A stretch of 64,000 bases of DNA. Origin: an uncultured Candidatus Saccharibacteria bacterium (GTDB lineage Bacteria > Patescibacteriota > Minisyncoccia > Phycocordibacterales > JAACPR01). A program made the translations under genes and the position numbers. Shown here one piece after another: positions 26,373 through 36,654 of the stretch (positions within the stretch are counted from its first letter, which is position 1; every line of letters begins with the position of its first letter). Below the pieces are notes generated by a model, which searched no databases, was not told the origin of the DNA, and was given only the letters and a program-made list of their open reading frames with translations. The DNA lies in the NCBI GenBank assembly GCA_964630375.1, contig CAZVRT010000004.1, positions 8,651 to 72,650 on the forward strand. The letters are read 5' to 3'.

Positions 26373-28604
26373 ATGAAATTAAAGTCTTTAGAAATTTCGG
26401 GATTTAAGTCTTTTGCGAAAAAAAGTAAATTAGATTTTGATGCTCCTATTACTTCAATTGTTGGGCCAAATGGTTCAGGGAAATCAAACGTTGCTGAATC
26501 TTTTCGTTTTGTTTTAGGAGAACAATCTATTAAATCAATGAGAGGAAAAAAGGGAGAGGATTTGATTTTTAATGGGACAACAGCTCTTGGAAGACAAAAC
26601 AAAGCAAGTGTAAAAATAATTTTAGATAACTTAGATAGAGCTTTGGATATTGATTTTGATGAAGTGGTGATTGAGCGTGTAGTACACAGAGACGGGGTGA
26701 ATGATTATTTTATCAATGGATCTTCTGTTCGTTTGAAAGATATTTCAGAACTTCTTGCGAAAGCAAATATTGGTTCTACTGGACATCATATTATTTCTCA
26801 AGGTGAAGCTGACCGAATTTTAAATTCAACTCCTAAAGAAAGGCGAGCAATGCTTGAGGACGCACTTGGTTTGCGAGTTTTTCAATATAAAAAAGTTGAA
26901 AGCGAAAGGAGATTGCAAAAGACAGAAGAAAACGTCGCACAAGTTCAATCTTTGAGAAAAGAAATTGCTCCGCATATAAAATATTTGAAAAAACAAGTTG
27001 AGAAAATTCAACAAACGGAAGAATTGAAAGAAAAATTGCGAATTGCTTATAAAGATTATTTGGCAATAGAAAAAAAATATATTGATACTGCACAAAAAAA
27101 TATTTTAAATGCAAAAGCAGAACCAAAAAATCAGTTAGGGGAAATTGAAACACAGTTGGTTTCTTTGAAAGAAGAATTGAGTAAATCAAAACAAGGTGAT
27201 ACTCGAACAAGTGAATTGTCTGATTTGAATAATCAAATTTCAAATATCAGAAATGAAAAAAATAATTCTGTAAGAGAAGTTGGTCAAATTGAAGGAGAGC
27301 TGCGTTCTTTGGAAAGAATTGCTGAGAGAGAAAAGAAAGAAGAGCAATCCGTGAGCATTCCTTTGAGTGATGTTGAAAATTTGAAAATGGAAATCGAAAA
27401 ATTTTCACAAGATATGGAAAGTGGAGATGTTTCTGTTTTGAGAAATATTTTAATAAAAATTCGTGAGTCTTTGACTTTGTTTATTTCAGAAAGAAAAAAA
27501 GCTCCGCAAGAGTCTGATTTTGATATTTTGAAAGACGTTGAATCTTTGAAAGAAAAAATTGAAGAAGCTCAATTGAAAGTGAAAAAAATGGAAGAAAAAG
27601 AGCGAGCTTTGGAAAATATGATTTTCAATTTAAGAAAAGAAATTGAAGCTTCTCAAACTACAATGTTGGATGCTGAAAGAAAAATTTTTGAACTAGAAAC
27701 AAAAAAAGGACATTTGCAAAGCGAATTGAATCGTTTGAACATCGAAGAATCATCTTTAATTAGAATTGACGAAGATTTTAAAAGAGAAGTTTCTGAAGCG
27801 CTTGTTTTGGCCGGAAGAGAGGCTGTTGATTATGAGTCAGTTGAAGTTTCTGATGAAAAAGTAAAAAACCGTGATGAACAAAACCAAAGACGAAGAGACT
27901 TGGAAAAAATGAAAATTCGAATTGAAGAACTTGGCGGTGGAAACTCAAATGATGTTTTGAAAGAATATGAAGAAGTTACAGAACGAGATGAATTTTTGAT
28001 AAAAGAAATTGCAGATTTGGAAACTTCAGCAGAGTCTTTGAAACAATTAATTGTTGAACTGGAAACTGAAATCACAAAAAAATTCAAAGAAGGAGTTGAT
28101 TTAATAAATTCAGAATTTAATAAATTTTTTGGCTTGATGTTTGGAGGAGGAGAAGCTGCTTTGAAATTGGTAAAGCCAGAAATTCGCAGAAAGAAAACCG
28201 ATACAGATATCGATTTTGATGGAAACGGAATTCCGGACGATATTGACCAAGAAGAGGGAATTGATATTGATATTGCTTTGCCTCGAAAGAAAGTTCGCGG
28301 ACTGATGATGCTTTCTGGAGGAGAACGAGCTTTGACTTCTATCGCACTTATTTTTGCAATGTCTGCTGTAAATCCGCCGCCTTTTATTATTCTTGATGAA
28401 ACAGATGCAGCGCTCGATGAAGCAAACTCAAAAAAATATGCAGACATGATTGAAAGACTTTCAGATCGTTCTCAATTGATTTTGATTACTCATAATCGAG
28501 AAACAATGTCTCGAGCAAGTGTGCTTTATGGAGTAACAATGATGCAAGGGGTTTCAGAATTGCTTTCAATTAAATTTGAAGAAGGTGTGCAATATGCTAA
28601 ATAG
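26373..28604 (+). CDS. smc: SMC-family ABC ATPase (compact, 743 aa; no recognisable hinge)
   Basis: Walker A GPNGSGKSN; long coiled-coil; C-terminal LSGGERALTSIALIFAM and Walker B ILDETDAALD. Confidence 0.7.
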   Translation: MKLKSLEISGFKSFAKKSKLDFDAPITSIVGPNGSGKSNVAESFRFVLGEQSIKSMRGKKGEDLIFNGTTALGRQNKASVKIILDNLDRALDIDFDEVVIERVVHRDGVNDYFINGSSVRLKDISELLAKANIGSTGHHIISQGEADRILNSTPKERRAMLEDALGLRVFQYKKVESERRLQKTEENVAQVQSLRKEIAPHIKYLKKQVEKIQQTEELKEKLRIAYKDYLAIEKKYIDTAQKNILNAKAEPKNQLGEIETQLVSLKEELSKSKQGDTRTSELSDLNNQISNIRNEKNNSVREVGQIEGELRSLERIAEREKKEEQSVSIPLSDVENLKMEIEKFSQDMESGDVSVLRNILIKIRESLTLFISERKKAPQESDFDILKDVESLKEKIEEAQLKVKKMEEKERALENMIFNLRKEIEASQTTMLDAERKIFELETKKGHLQSELNRLNIEESSLIRIDEDFKREVSEALVLAGREAVDYESVEVSDEKVKNRDEQNQRRRDLEKMKIRIEELGGGNSNDVLKEYEEVTERDEFLIKEIADLETSAESLKQLIVELETEITKKFKEGVDLINSEFNKFFGLMFGGGEAALKLVKPEIRRKKTDTDIDFDGNGIPDDIDQEEGIDIDIALPRKKVRGLMMLSGGERALTSIALIFAMSAVNPPPFIILDETDAALDEANSKKYADMIERLSDRSQLILITHNRETMSRASVLYGVTMMQGVSELLSIKFEEGVQYAK

Positions 28605-28609
28605 TTTGT

Positions 28610-29293
28610 ATGACTCGTATTAATAAATATTTAGCTGATAATCAATATGCGTCGCGTCGTGAAGCGGATAAGCTGATTAAAAAAGGAAAAGTTTTAATAA
28701 ATGGGAAAGTTGCAAAACTTGGTGATTCGGTTTCTGAAAAAGATAAAGTTGAAGTTGTCGGTGTTGAGAAAAGTAAAAAAGTTTATTACGCATATTACAA
28801 ACCAAGAGGAGTTGTGACTGTGAATGCACAATATAAAAATGAAAAGGAAATAAAAGATGTAACAAAATTTCCTGAAAAAGTTTACCCGATTGGAAGACTT
28901 GATAAAGATTCTGAAGGTTTAATTATTATGACAAATGATGGCAGATTGACTGACTTGCTTTTGAATCCAAAACATTATCATGAAAAAGAATATTCTGTTG
29001 AACTCGATAAATCAATTTCTCACCAACAAATTGGTCTTTTGCAAAAAGGTGTAAACATAGGAAATGTTGGAAGTACAAAAAATTATATTACAAAACCAAC
29101 TTTAGTTCGCCGAACTGGCTCAAAATCTTTTGATATCGTGCTTACAGAAGGTAAAAATCGCCAAATTAGACGTATGTGCGGAGCGCTCGGGTTGTCAGTT
29201 GTAAAACTAAAAAGATTTAGAATTTTAGATATAAATATCGGAAATTTAAAACCTGGGCAGTTTAAAGAAATAAAAAATATTTTGAAAAAATAA
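28610..29293 (+). CDS. Pseudouridine synthase, RsuA/RluB family (S4 domain + catalytic domain)
   Basis: S4 domain MTRINKYLADNQYASRREADKLIKKGKVLINGKV; catalytic Asp in PIGRLDKDSEGLIIMTNDG. Confidence 0.85.
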   Translation: MTRINKYLADNQYASRREADKLIKKGKVLINGKVAKLGDSVSEKDKVEVVGVEKSKKVYYAYYKPRGVVTVNAQYKNEKEIKDVTKFPEKVYPIGRLDKDSEGLIIMTNDGRLTDLLLNPKHYHEKEYSVELDKSISHQQIGLLQKGVNIGNVGSTKNYITKPTLVRRTGSKSFDIVLTEGKNRQIRRMCGALGLSVVKLKRFRILDINIGNLKPGQFKEIKNILKK

Positions 29294-29319
29294 AAATGGC
29301 AATTACGTGCCATAAACCT

Positions 29320-29625
29320 CTAAATCCGTCTAAACATACTTGAAAATATGTCATATGGTAATGTAAGGGGTGCCAATAGAATGTTGGGAATCCAGCAAAA
29401 CCAAAAAGACAGATAATTTGAATAAGTTACTTCAGAAATAAATAGTGTTGATATCATTTGTGCTATCCAAAGTACAAATGCAGTGCTAACAACATCTACG
29501 CCATCTTTTGCCACAAGAAAACCAATGATAAAAGGGAGAATAAAAGACATTAATCCCATCGAAGAAGGCTCTGAATCAAAAACAAAATCTCTGACAGCTT
29601 TCGTGGTGCGGAATTCAATTTTCAT
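29320..29625 (-). CDS. Hypothetical small membrane protein
   Basis: Hydrophobic helices only. Confidence 0.35.
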   Translation of the reverse strand: MKIEFRTTKAVRDFVFDSEPSSMGLMSFILPFIIGFLVAKDGVDVVSTAFVLWIAQMISTLFISEVTYSNYLSFWFCWIPNILLAPLTLPYDIFSSMFRRI

Positions 29626-29706
29626 TTTAAGTAATGTGCGTTGTTTATTGCAAATTACTATTAAAATCAGCCACTGTCAATTTGTGCAAATTTTAAAAAC
29701 AGACTG

Positions 29707-31638
29707 TTAAACAAGCCTCATTTCTAATTTTCGATTGTCTAAATCAACAGATTCGATTTTTACTTTAACTTTATCTCCAAGTGTAAAAGCTTTTTTTGTT
29801 CGCTCACCAACAATACAATATTTTTTTTCATTTAAATTCCAATAGTCTTCACCAAGTTTTGAAATATGAACCATTCCTTCTGCGCCCGTATCATCTAAAA
29901 CAACAAACAATCCAAAAGGAGCGACACCTGAGATAATTCCTTCGAATTTTTCTCCAATATGATTCAACATAAATTCTGTTTGCTTGTATTTAATTGAAGA
30001 TCGTTCTGCTTCTTGAGCTGCAACTTCTTGCATTGATGCGTGCTTTGCAACTTGTTCAAAAAATATTTGATCTGTTTCGTTGATCTGTTCGTTTGCTAAA
30101 AGTTTTGCCAAAATTCTGTGTACAACTAAGTCGGGATAACGTCGAATCGGTGAAGTGAAGTGTGTGTAATGTTCAAATGCCAAACCAAAATGCCCGTTAT
30201 TTTCAGTTGAATAAATAGCTTTTGCCATAGTTTTAATTGCGGCAGATGTAATTAAAGATTCCTCAGCTTTTCCAGCAACTTGTGCAAAAAGTGCGTTCAA
30301 ATCTTTTGCAGTCACAGAACCGTCTTTTGCTACATTCAAAATATAACCAAGTGCTTTTGTGAACACTGATAATTCTGAAATTTTATCCTTATCAGGAAGG
30401 TTGTGAACTCTGTACATAAGTCCACACCCACCGGAAAGACTTTTACATTTATCAAAAATAAATTTAGCAACTCGTCGGTTTGCAAGAAGCATAAAATCTT
30501 CAACTAAAGAGTGAGTTTCTAAATGAGGTTTTTTGTGAATTGCAATCGGCACGCCTTTTTCATCTAATTCAAATTTAAATTCTTCAGAAGTAAATCTAAT
30601 TGCGCCAGCTGCAAATTTTTCATCAGCAAGTTTTTTTGAAATTGTATTTAAAACATTCAGCTCTTCAAAATATTCTCCAGATTTTTTGTCCAAAGTTTCT
30701 TGAGCGTTTTCGTAAGTAAATCTTTTGTTGGATTTTATTATTGTTCTTCCAAACCAGTCATTTACTATTTCCGCATTTTTTGTAATTTCAAAAACAGCAC
30801 TAAAAGCTAATTTTTCTTCATTTGGATTCAAGCTACACAAATCGTTAGATAAAACTTCAGGAAGCATAGGAATTGTTCTATCAACAAGATAAACAGAGAA
30901 TTGTCTTTCAAAGGCCTCTTTATCTATAATTGTTCCTGGAGTTACATAATGAGCAACGTCGGCAATGTGAATTCCAATTTCATAATTTCCATTTTCTAAA
31001 TATTTAAGAGAAATTGCATCGTCGAAATCTTTTGCATCAACAGGGTCTATTGTAAAAGTTAGCGTGTCTCGAAAATCTTTTCTTTTTTCAAATTCTGATT
31101 TTGGAATAGGTGACCATTCTTTTTTTAATTCATCAGCAGCACGCAAAACTTGTTCTGGGAATTCTGCATCAAATCCTTTTTCTAAAATAATAGAACGAAT
31201 CTCAACTTCATGAACACCTTTTTTTCCAATCACTTGTAAAACTTTTACATCAGGTCTTTCTTTTGTATCTTCCCATTTATCCAACTGAACATAAACTTTG
31301 TCATTGTGTTCAACTTTCGCAGCTTCCGAACTATCTAAATTGAAATAAACATAAATTTTTTGACTATCTGGAATTACAAAACAATCTTTTGACTTTTGAA
31401 CTGTTCCGACAAATTTTGTTTTTGCTCTTTTAATAAGTTCGACAACCACACCTTGTTGCATTTCATCAATCTTTCTGTCCATCAATTGCACAGCAACTGT
31501 ATCTCCCGGAAGGGCGTGTCTGATGTCATCAAATCTAATAGCGATGTCTTCTTCTGTAGCTGGATTCTTTACAAAACCCAGTTTTCTGGCCTTGCTTACA
31601 GCAATAGTCCCTTCAATCCTTTTGTTGGTATTTTCCAT
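29707..31638 (-). CDS. rnr: Ribonuclease R / RNase II-family 3'-5' exoribonuclease (cold-shock/OB, RNB and S1 domains)
   Basis: RNB motif region VDAKDFDDAISL; C-terminal S1 domain. Confidence 0.88.
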   Translation of the reverse strand: MENTNKRIEGTIAVSKARKLGFVKNPATEEDIAIRFDDIRHALPGDTVAVQLMDRKIDEMQQGVVVELIKRAKTKFVGTVQKSKDCFVIPDSQKIYVYFNLDSSEAAKVEHNDKVYVQLDKWEDTKERPDVKVLQVIGKKGVHEVEIRSIILEKGFDAEFPEQVLRAADELKKEWSPIPKSEFEKRKDFRDTLTFTIDPVDAKDFDDAISLKYLENGNYEIGIHIADVAHYVTPGTIIDKEAFERQFSVYLVDRTIPMLPEVLSNDLCSLNPNEEKLAFSAVFEITKNAEIVNDWFGRTIIKSNKRFTYENAQETLDKKSGEYFEELNVLNTISKKLADEKFAAGAIRFTSEEFKFELDEKGVPIAIHKKPHLETHSLVEDFMLLANRRVAKFIFDKCKSLSGGCGLMYRVHNLPDKDKISELSVFTKALGYILNVAKDGSVTAKDLNALFAQVAGKAEESLITSAAIKTMAKAIYSTENNGHFGLAFEHYTHFTSPIRRYPDLVVHRILAKLLANEQINETDQIFFEQVAKHASMQEVAAQEAERSSIKYKQTEFMLNHIGEKFEGIISGVAPFGLFVVLDDTGAEGMVHISKLGEDYWNLNEKKYCIVGERTKKAFTLGDKVKVKIESVDLDNRKLEMRLV

Positions 31639-31708
31639 ATATATTTATGGACTTTATACTACCTTGACCATTGACTTTAATCAAATATTTGATATTCTCA
31701 TTTCCACT

Positions 31709-32116
31709 ATGTTAAAGATTAGATTACAAAGAACAGGGCGAAAACACGAACCAACTTTCCGTGTTGTTTTAACAGATTCAAAAAATGGTCCAAAGAGCGG
31801 TAAATTTATTGAAATTCTAGGTTCTTACGACGCTAGAAGAAACCAAGATACACGTTTGAAGAAAGACAGAATTCAATACTGGATTGGACAAGGTGCACAA
31901 GTTTCTGACACTGTTCACAATCTTTTGATTACTCACGAAGTTATTGCTGGAGAAAAGAAAAATGTTCTTCCACAAAAAACTCCTATTCGAAAAGAGCAAC
32001 CTGCTGAAGAAGTTGCAGCACCTGCGACTGAAACACCAACAGAAGCACCAGCTGAAACTCCTGCAGAAGAAGTTAATTTAGAAGCAACACCTGCTGAAGA
32101 ACCAACTTCAGAATAG
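31709..32116 (+). CDS. rpsP: 30S ribosomal protein S16 with a ~55-aa Pro/Ala/Glu/Thr-rich C-terminal extension
   Basis: MLKIRLQRTGRKHEPTFRVVLTDS... The track ORF starts further upstream, overlapping rnr; the ATG at 31709 is the homology-supported start. Confidence 0.85.
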   Translation: MLKIRLQRTGRKHEPTFRVVLTDSKNGPKSGKFIEILGSYDARRNQDTRLKKDRIQYWIGQGAQVSDTVHNLLITHEVIAGEKKNVLPQKTPIRKEQPAEEVAAPATETPTEAPAETPAEEVNLEATPAEEPTSE

Positions 32117-32224
32117 TTTTCTCTAATAACTTTATTGACATAAACCTTTTATTTTGGCACGATTTTTATATAGCAGTTTTTAATCCACTGCTTTTTTAAT
32201 ACTATTTAATATAAAGCTATTATT

Positions 32225-32536
32225 ATGGCAGATTCAGATCAACAATTTTTAGAGTATGTAGTTAAGTCACTGGTTGATAAACCAGAAAAAGTTTCAGTAA
32301 AAAGAAGCGTAGACGACATGGGTGTCCTTCTTACTCTTTCAGTGGACCCAGAAGATATGGGAAAGGTAATTGGACGACAGGGGAATACTGCTAAGGCTAT
32401 CAGAGTTTTGTTAAGAATTGTCGGAATGAAAAACAATGCACGAGTGAATCTAAGAATTCCTGAACCGGAAGGAAGCACAAGATATCAAGATATGAATCAA
32501 AGCATTGACGATGCTATTGATGAATTGAAAATCTAG
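32225..32536 (+). CDS. KH-domain RNA-binding protein (UPF0109/YlqC-like)
   Basis: GKVIGRQGNTAKAIRVLL KH signature. Conserved position in the rpsP-KH-trmD cluster. Confidence 0.75.
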   Translation: MADSDQQFLEYVVKSLVDKPEKVSVKRSVDDMGVLLTLSVDPEDMGKVIGRQGNTAKAIRVLLRIVGMKNNARVNLRIPEPEGSTRYQDMNQSIDDAIDELKI

Positions 32537-32541
32537 AAGTT

Positions 32542-33192
32542 ATGAATTTTCATATAGTTACTATTTTTCCAGAAAGCTTCGAATCTTATTTTTCTACATC
32601 AATTATTGGTAGGGCAATTAAAGATAAAAAAATAAAAGTTAAATTTTATAATCCAAGAGATTTTGCAAAAGATAAACATAATCGCATTGATCAAAAACCG
32701 TATGGCGGTGGTCCTGGAATGGTTATGGAAGCCTTACCGGTTATAAGAGCAATTGAAAAAGCGAAAGGAAAAAAGAGAGCTGTGAAAATTTATTTCTTAT
32801 CTCCAGGCGGAAAGCAGTTTGATACAGAAACAGCTTCGAAAGTTACAAAGCGAAATAAAGATATAATAATTGTTTGTGGAAGATACGAGGGTATTGATGC
32901 AAGAATTAAAAAAGTTTTTCGAATGGAGGAGATTTCAATCGGACCATACGTTGTGACGGGTGGTGAACTTGGCGCAATGATTTTGGTTGATGTGATTTCT
33001 AGACAAATAAAAGGAGTGTTGGGAGATTTTGATTCTCGAGAAGAAGCGAGAATTTCTTCGCACGATGTTTATACGCGACCGGAAGTTTTTGAGTATAAAG
33101 GAAAGAAATACAAGGTCCCACCAATCCTTTTATCCGGAAATCACAAGCAAATAGACGAATTTAGGGCTAAAAATAATAAGATTTTAGAATAA
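32542..33192 (+). CDS. trmD: tRNA (guanine37-N1)-methyltransferase
   Basis: MNFHIVTIFPESF...; SPOUT-fold motifs; GGELGAMILVD. Confidence 0.9.
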   Translation: MNFHIVTIFPESFESYFSTSIIGRAIKDKKIKVKFYNPRDFAKDKHNRIDQKPYGGGPGMVMEALPVIRAIEKAKGKKRAVKIYFLSPGGKQFDTETASKVTKRNKDIIIVCGRYEGIDARIKKVFRMEEISIGPYVVTGGELGAMILVDVISRQIKGVLGDFDSREEARISSHDVYTRPEVFEYKGKKYKVPPILLSGNHKQIDEFRAKNNKILE

Positions 33193-33204
33193 TTTTAGGT
33201 TTTC

Positions 33205-33233
33205 TTGACCGAAATTTTATCTTGGGTTATTAT
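33205..33233 (+). promoter_or_regulatory. Sigma-70-like promoter for rpoBC
   Basis: TTGACC-17 nt-TATTAT. The leader contains the hairpin CCCTTTTTGAAGGGG at ~33350. Confidence 0.55.
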
Positions 33234-33431
33234 ATAGATTGCGGATTGAGTTAGGGAGGAAACGCGCGTTTTTAAATTTTTATTACAAGCTCAGATAATT
33301 TTCTAAAATTTTGGGTACTATAAATTAAGTAGAGAGTAATTTTCGTGTACTCCCTTTTTGAAGGGGTCATTTTTGCTTACTCTGAAATTTTAGCGAGTTT
33401 ATATTTGAAAAAATAAATACAGATACAGTTT

Positions 33432-36400
33432 ATGGCACAAAAAGATAAGTATCAACCAGATACAGTGGGTTCAATGCCCAAAAAATATTTTTCAAAATAC
33501 AAAAAACCCATGATTGAGATGCCTGATTTGTTTGCTGGTCAAACAGAATCTTTCAATTGGCTGATCAAAGAAGGGGTTCAAGAAGTATTTAAAGAATTTT
33601 CACCAATAAGAGATTATTCTGAAAAGAAATTTGATTTGGAATTTGTTGGTTTTGAGTTTGAATCTCCAAAGTATACAGAAGCGTATGCAAAGGAGAACAG
33701 ACTTACTTACGAAGCTCCATTCAAAGTTAGAGCTAAGTTAACAAACAAGACAGTTGCTTCTGAAAAAGAACAAGAAATTTTCATGGCTGATTTCCCAATC
33801 ATGACAAAACATGGAACTTTCATTATCAATGGTATTGAAAGAGTAATTGTTCCGCAGCTAGCAAGATCATTTGGAGTTATTTTTACAACAAATCTTTTGA
33901 GAGGAAGAAAATATTTTGGTGCAAAAATTATTCCAGCAAGAGGAGCTTGGATTGAATTGGAAACAGATGCCGACGATATCGTTTACATCAAAATTGATAA
34001 AAACCGAAAGTTTCCAGTTACAGCTTTCTTGCGTGTAATGGGTGCAACAACAGATGAAGAAATTGTTAAGTTGTTTGACAAATACCCAAGAACAAAAGAA
34101 GCGATTCAAAAAACTTTAAAGAAAGATGATATTAAAGATATCAATACTGCTTATCTAGATATTTATAAAAGATTGCGAGATGGTGATCTTGTAAATCTTG
34201 ATAATGCAAAAGAATTTGTTAATTCTATTCTTGCTGAAGATCGTTACGATTTCTCAAAGGTTGGACGATTTAAGTTCAATAATAGATTTGGACTTCCAAC
34301 TGGAAAGAAAGATTTGGAAAACAAAACAATTTCTCTTGGTGATATGACACTTATCATCAATCACGTGATTGATTTGAACCATACACCTGGCGCAGTTGAA
34401 GATGATATTGATCATCTAGGTTCTAGACGAGTTCGTTTTGTTGGAGAGCTTTTGCAACAAAAAATTCGAACTGGTATGGCGCAAATGAAAAGAAACATTC
34501 AAAACAGAATGTCTACAATCGACGCTGACTCAACACTCCCTGTAAACTTCATTTCTCCAAGACCTCTACAAGCTAGAATTAAAGAATTCTTTTCAACAAA
34601 CCAATTGTCTCAATTCATGCAACAAGACAACTTGCTACAAGAAATTGAACACTTAAGAACAATTTCTGCTCTTGGTCCCGGAGGACTTACAAAAGAAAGA
34701 GCTGGTCTTGATGTTCGAGACGTACACTCATCACACTACGGAAGAGTTTGTCCTATTCAAACTCCTGAAGGTCCAAACATTGGATTGATTTTGCGCTTCA
34801 CAAATTATGCAAGAACAAATGACTTTGGAATGATTGAAACTCCTTACATAAAAGTTGAAAAAGGAAAGATCACAAAAGAAGTTGTTTACTTGAATGCACT
34901 TGAAGAAGAACAATACAAAATTACACACGCCGCGACTCCTTTCGATGAAAATGGAAACATTACAGAAGATCAAGTTGATGTTCGAATAGGAGGACACCCA
35001 AGCGTTGTAAGTAAAAACGAAGTTGATTTTATCGATGTTGCAACAAACCAAGCATTTTCAATCGCTACTTCTATGATTCCTTTCTTGAATCACAACGAAG
35101 CAGGACGTGCACTTATGGCATCAAACATGCAGAAGCAAGCCGTACCTTGTGTACGAGCTGAAGCTCCACTTGTTGGAACAGGTGCAGAAGAAATGGCACT
35201 AAGAAATTCAAGTCGACTTATTCGAGCTGAAGAAGACGGTGTTATCAAATCTGCTGATGCGCGAAAAATTGTTCTTGAAACTTCAAAGGGAAAAGATATT
35301 GAATACACACTTATCAATTTTCAAAGAACAAACAGCTTTACATGTTTCGGACATCGACCGGTTGTTGTGCCTGGACAAAAAGTAAAGAAAGGTGAATTGC
35401 TTGCTGATGTTTCTTCATCAGATAATGGACAAATCGCTCTAGGTCAAAACCTGCGAGTAGCTTTCTTGTCTTGGGCTGGAGCAAACTACGAAGATGCGAT
35501 TATTATTTCTGAAAGATTGGTTAAAGATAACACTTTGACATCTATTCACATGGAAGAAGTTGTAATCAATGTTCGAGACACAAAACTTGGTCCAGAAGTT
35601 ACAACTCCTGATATTCCAAATGTATCTGAAGCAAAACTAAAAAATCTAGACGAAGAAGGAATTATTCGAATCGGTGCTGAAATCAGACCGGGCGATATTC
35701 TAGTTGGAAAAATTACACCAAGAGGAGAAACTCAACTAACTCCTGAAGAAAGATTGCTAAGATCTATTTTTGGTGACAAAGCACGAGATGTGAAAGACAC
35801 TTCAAAAAGAGTTGAGGCGGGCCAAAGAGGAAGAATTATCGGAATCAAAATTTTCTCAAGAGAAAATGGTGACAGACTAGAATCTGGAATCATTAAAAGA
35901 ATTCACATTGAAATCGCTCAACTAAGAAACATCTCAGTTGGAGATAAAATGGCGGGACGACACGGAAACAAGGGTGTTATCTCAAGAGTTCTTCCGGTAG
36001 AAGATATGCCATACGACAAAGATGGTGTTCCAGTGGATATTATTCTTACACCACTTGGAGTTCCGAGCCGTATGAACCTTGGACAGATTTTGGAATTGCA
36101 CTTAGGAATGGCAGCAAATACACTTGGCTACCAAGCTATTGTTCCTTCTTTCGCGAGTGCGACTGACAAAGAAATTCAAGAAGAACTTGAAAAAGCTGGA
36201 TTTTCTAAATCAGGAAAAATGCCACTATTCGATGGACGAACAGGAGAAAAGTTTGAACAAGATGTTGCTGTTGGATACATGTACATGTTGAAGCTTCACC
36301 ACATGGTTGAAGATAAAATCCACATGCGATCAATTGGTCCATACTCACTTATTACACAACAACCACTTGGAGGACGTTCACAAAACGGAGGACAAAGATT

Positions 36401-36650
36401 TGGAGAAATGGAAGTCTGGGCTCTTCTTGGACACGGAGCAGCTCATACTTTGAGAGAAATTTTGACTTACAAATCTGACGATATCCAAGGACGTTCAGCT
36501 GCTTTCGACTCAATTGTTAAAGGTCAGCCGATCAGACAAGTTGGAACACCTGCATCATTCAATGTACTTATGGCAAACATGAGAGGTCTTGCATTGGACG
36601 CAGAGCTTCATTCTGAAATTGAAGAAGACGATAATAAAAATAACGAATAG
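33432..36650 (+). CDS. rpoB: DNA-directed RNA polymerase subunit beta
   Basis: 1072 aa with conserved RpoB motifs throughout. Confidence 0.97.
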   Translation: MAQKDKYQPDTVGSMPKKYFSKYKKPMIEMPDLFAGQTESFNWLIKEGVQEVFKEFSPIRDYSEKKFDLEFVGFEFESPKYTEAYAKENRLTYEAPFKVRAKLTNKTVASEKEQEIFMADFPIMTKHGTFIINGIERVIVPQLARSFGVIFTTNLLRGRKYFGAKIIPARGAWIELETDADDIVYIKIDKNRKFPVTAFLRVMGATTDEEIVKLFDKYPRTKEAIQKTLKKDDIKDINTAYLDIYKRLRDGDLVNLDNAKEFVNSILAEDRYDFSKVGRFKFNNRFGLPTGKKDLENKTISLGDMTLIINHVIDLNHTPGAVEDDIDHLGSRRVRFVGELLQQKIRTGMAQMKRNIQNRMSTIDADSTLPVNFISPRPLQARIKEFFSTNQLSQFMQQDNLLQEIEHLRTISALGPGGLTKERAGLDVRDVHSSHYGRVCPIQTPEGPNIGLILRFTNYARTNDFGMIETPYIKVEKGKITKEVVYLNALEEEQYKITHAATPFDENGNITEDQVDVRIGGHPSVVSKNEVDFIDVATNQAFSIATSMIPFLNHNEAGRALMASNMQKQAVPCVRAEAPLVGTGAEEMALRNSSRLIRAEEDGVIKSADARKIVLETSKGKDIEYTLINFQRTNSFTCFGHRPVVVPGQKVKKGELLADVSSSDNGQIALGQNLRVAFLSWAGANYEDAIIISERLVKDNTLTSIHMEEVVINVRDTKLGPEVTTPDIPNVSEAKLKNLDEEGIIRIGAEIRPGDILVGKITPRGETQLTPEERLLRSIFGDKARDVKDTSKRVEAGQRGRIIGIKIFSRENGDRLESGIIKRIHIEIAQLRNISVGDKMAGRHGNKGVISRVLPVEDMPYDKDGVPVDIILTPLGVPSRMNLGQILELHLGMAANTLGYQAIVPSFASATDKEIQEELEKAGFSKSGKMPLFDGRTGEKFEQDVAVGYMYMLKLHHMVEDKIHMRSIGPYSLITQQPLGGRSQNGGQRFGEMEVWALLGHGAAHTLREILTYKSDDIQGRSAAFDSIVKGQPIRQVGTPASFNVLMANMRGLALDAELHSEIEEDDNKNNE

Positions 36651-36654
36651 GCTT

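Noticed and set aside
27830-28447. 205-aa minus-strand ORF (also 26826..27243) inside the SMC-like gene
   Set aside because: Antisense to the GAA/AAA-rich coiled-coil codons; low-complexity Ser/Phe translation typical of antisense artefacts.
31650-31708. Possible sigma-70 promoter (TTGACC/TTGACT) upstream of rpsP
   Set aside because: Two overlapping -35-like hexamers but no convincing -10 at proper spacing; left unannotated.
36589-36654. Upstream extension of rpoC overlapping the rpoB 3' end
   Set aside because: The track ORF starts at an alternative start codon within rpoB; homology supports a start at 36655 or 36691.
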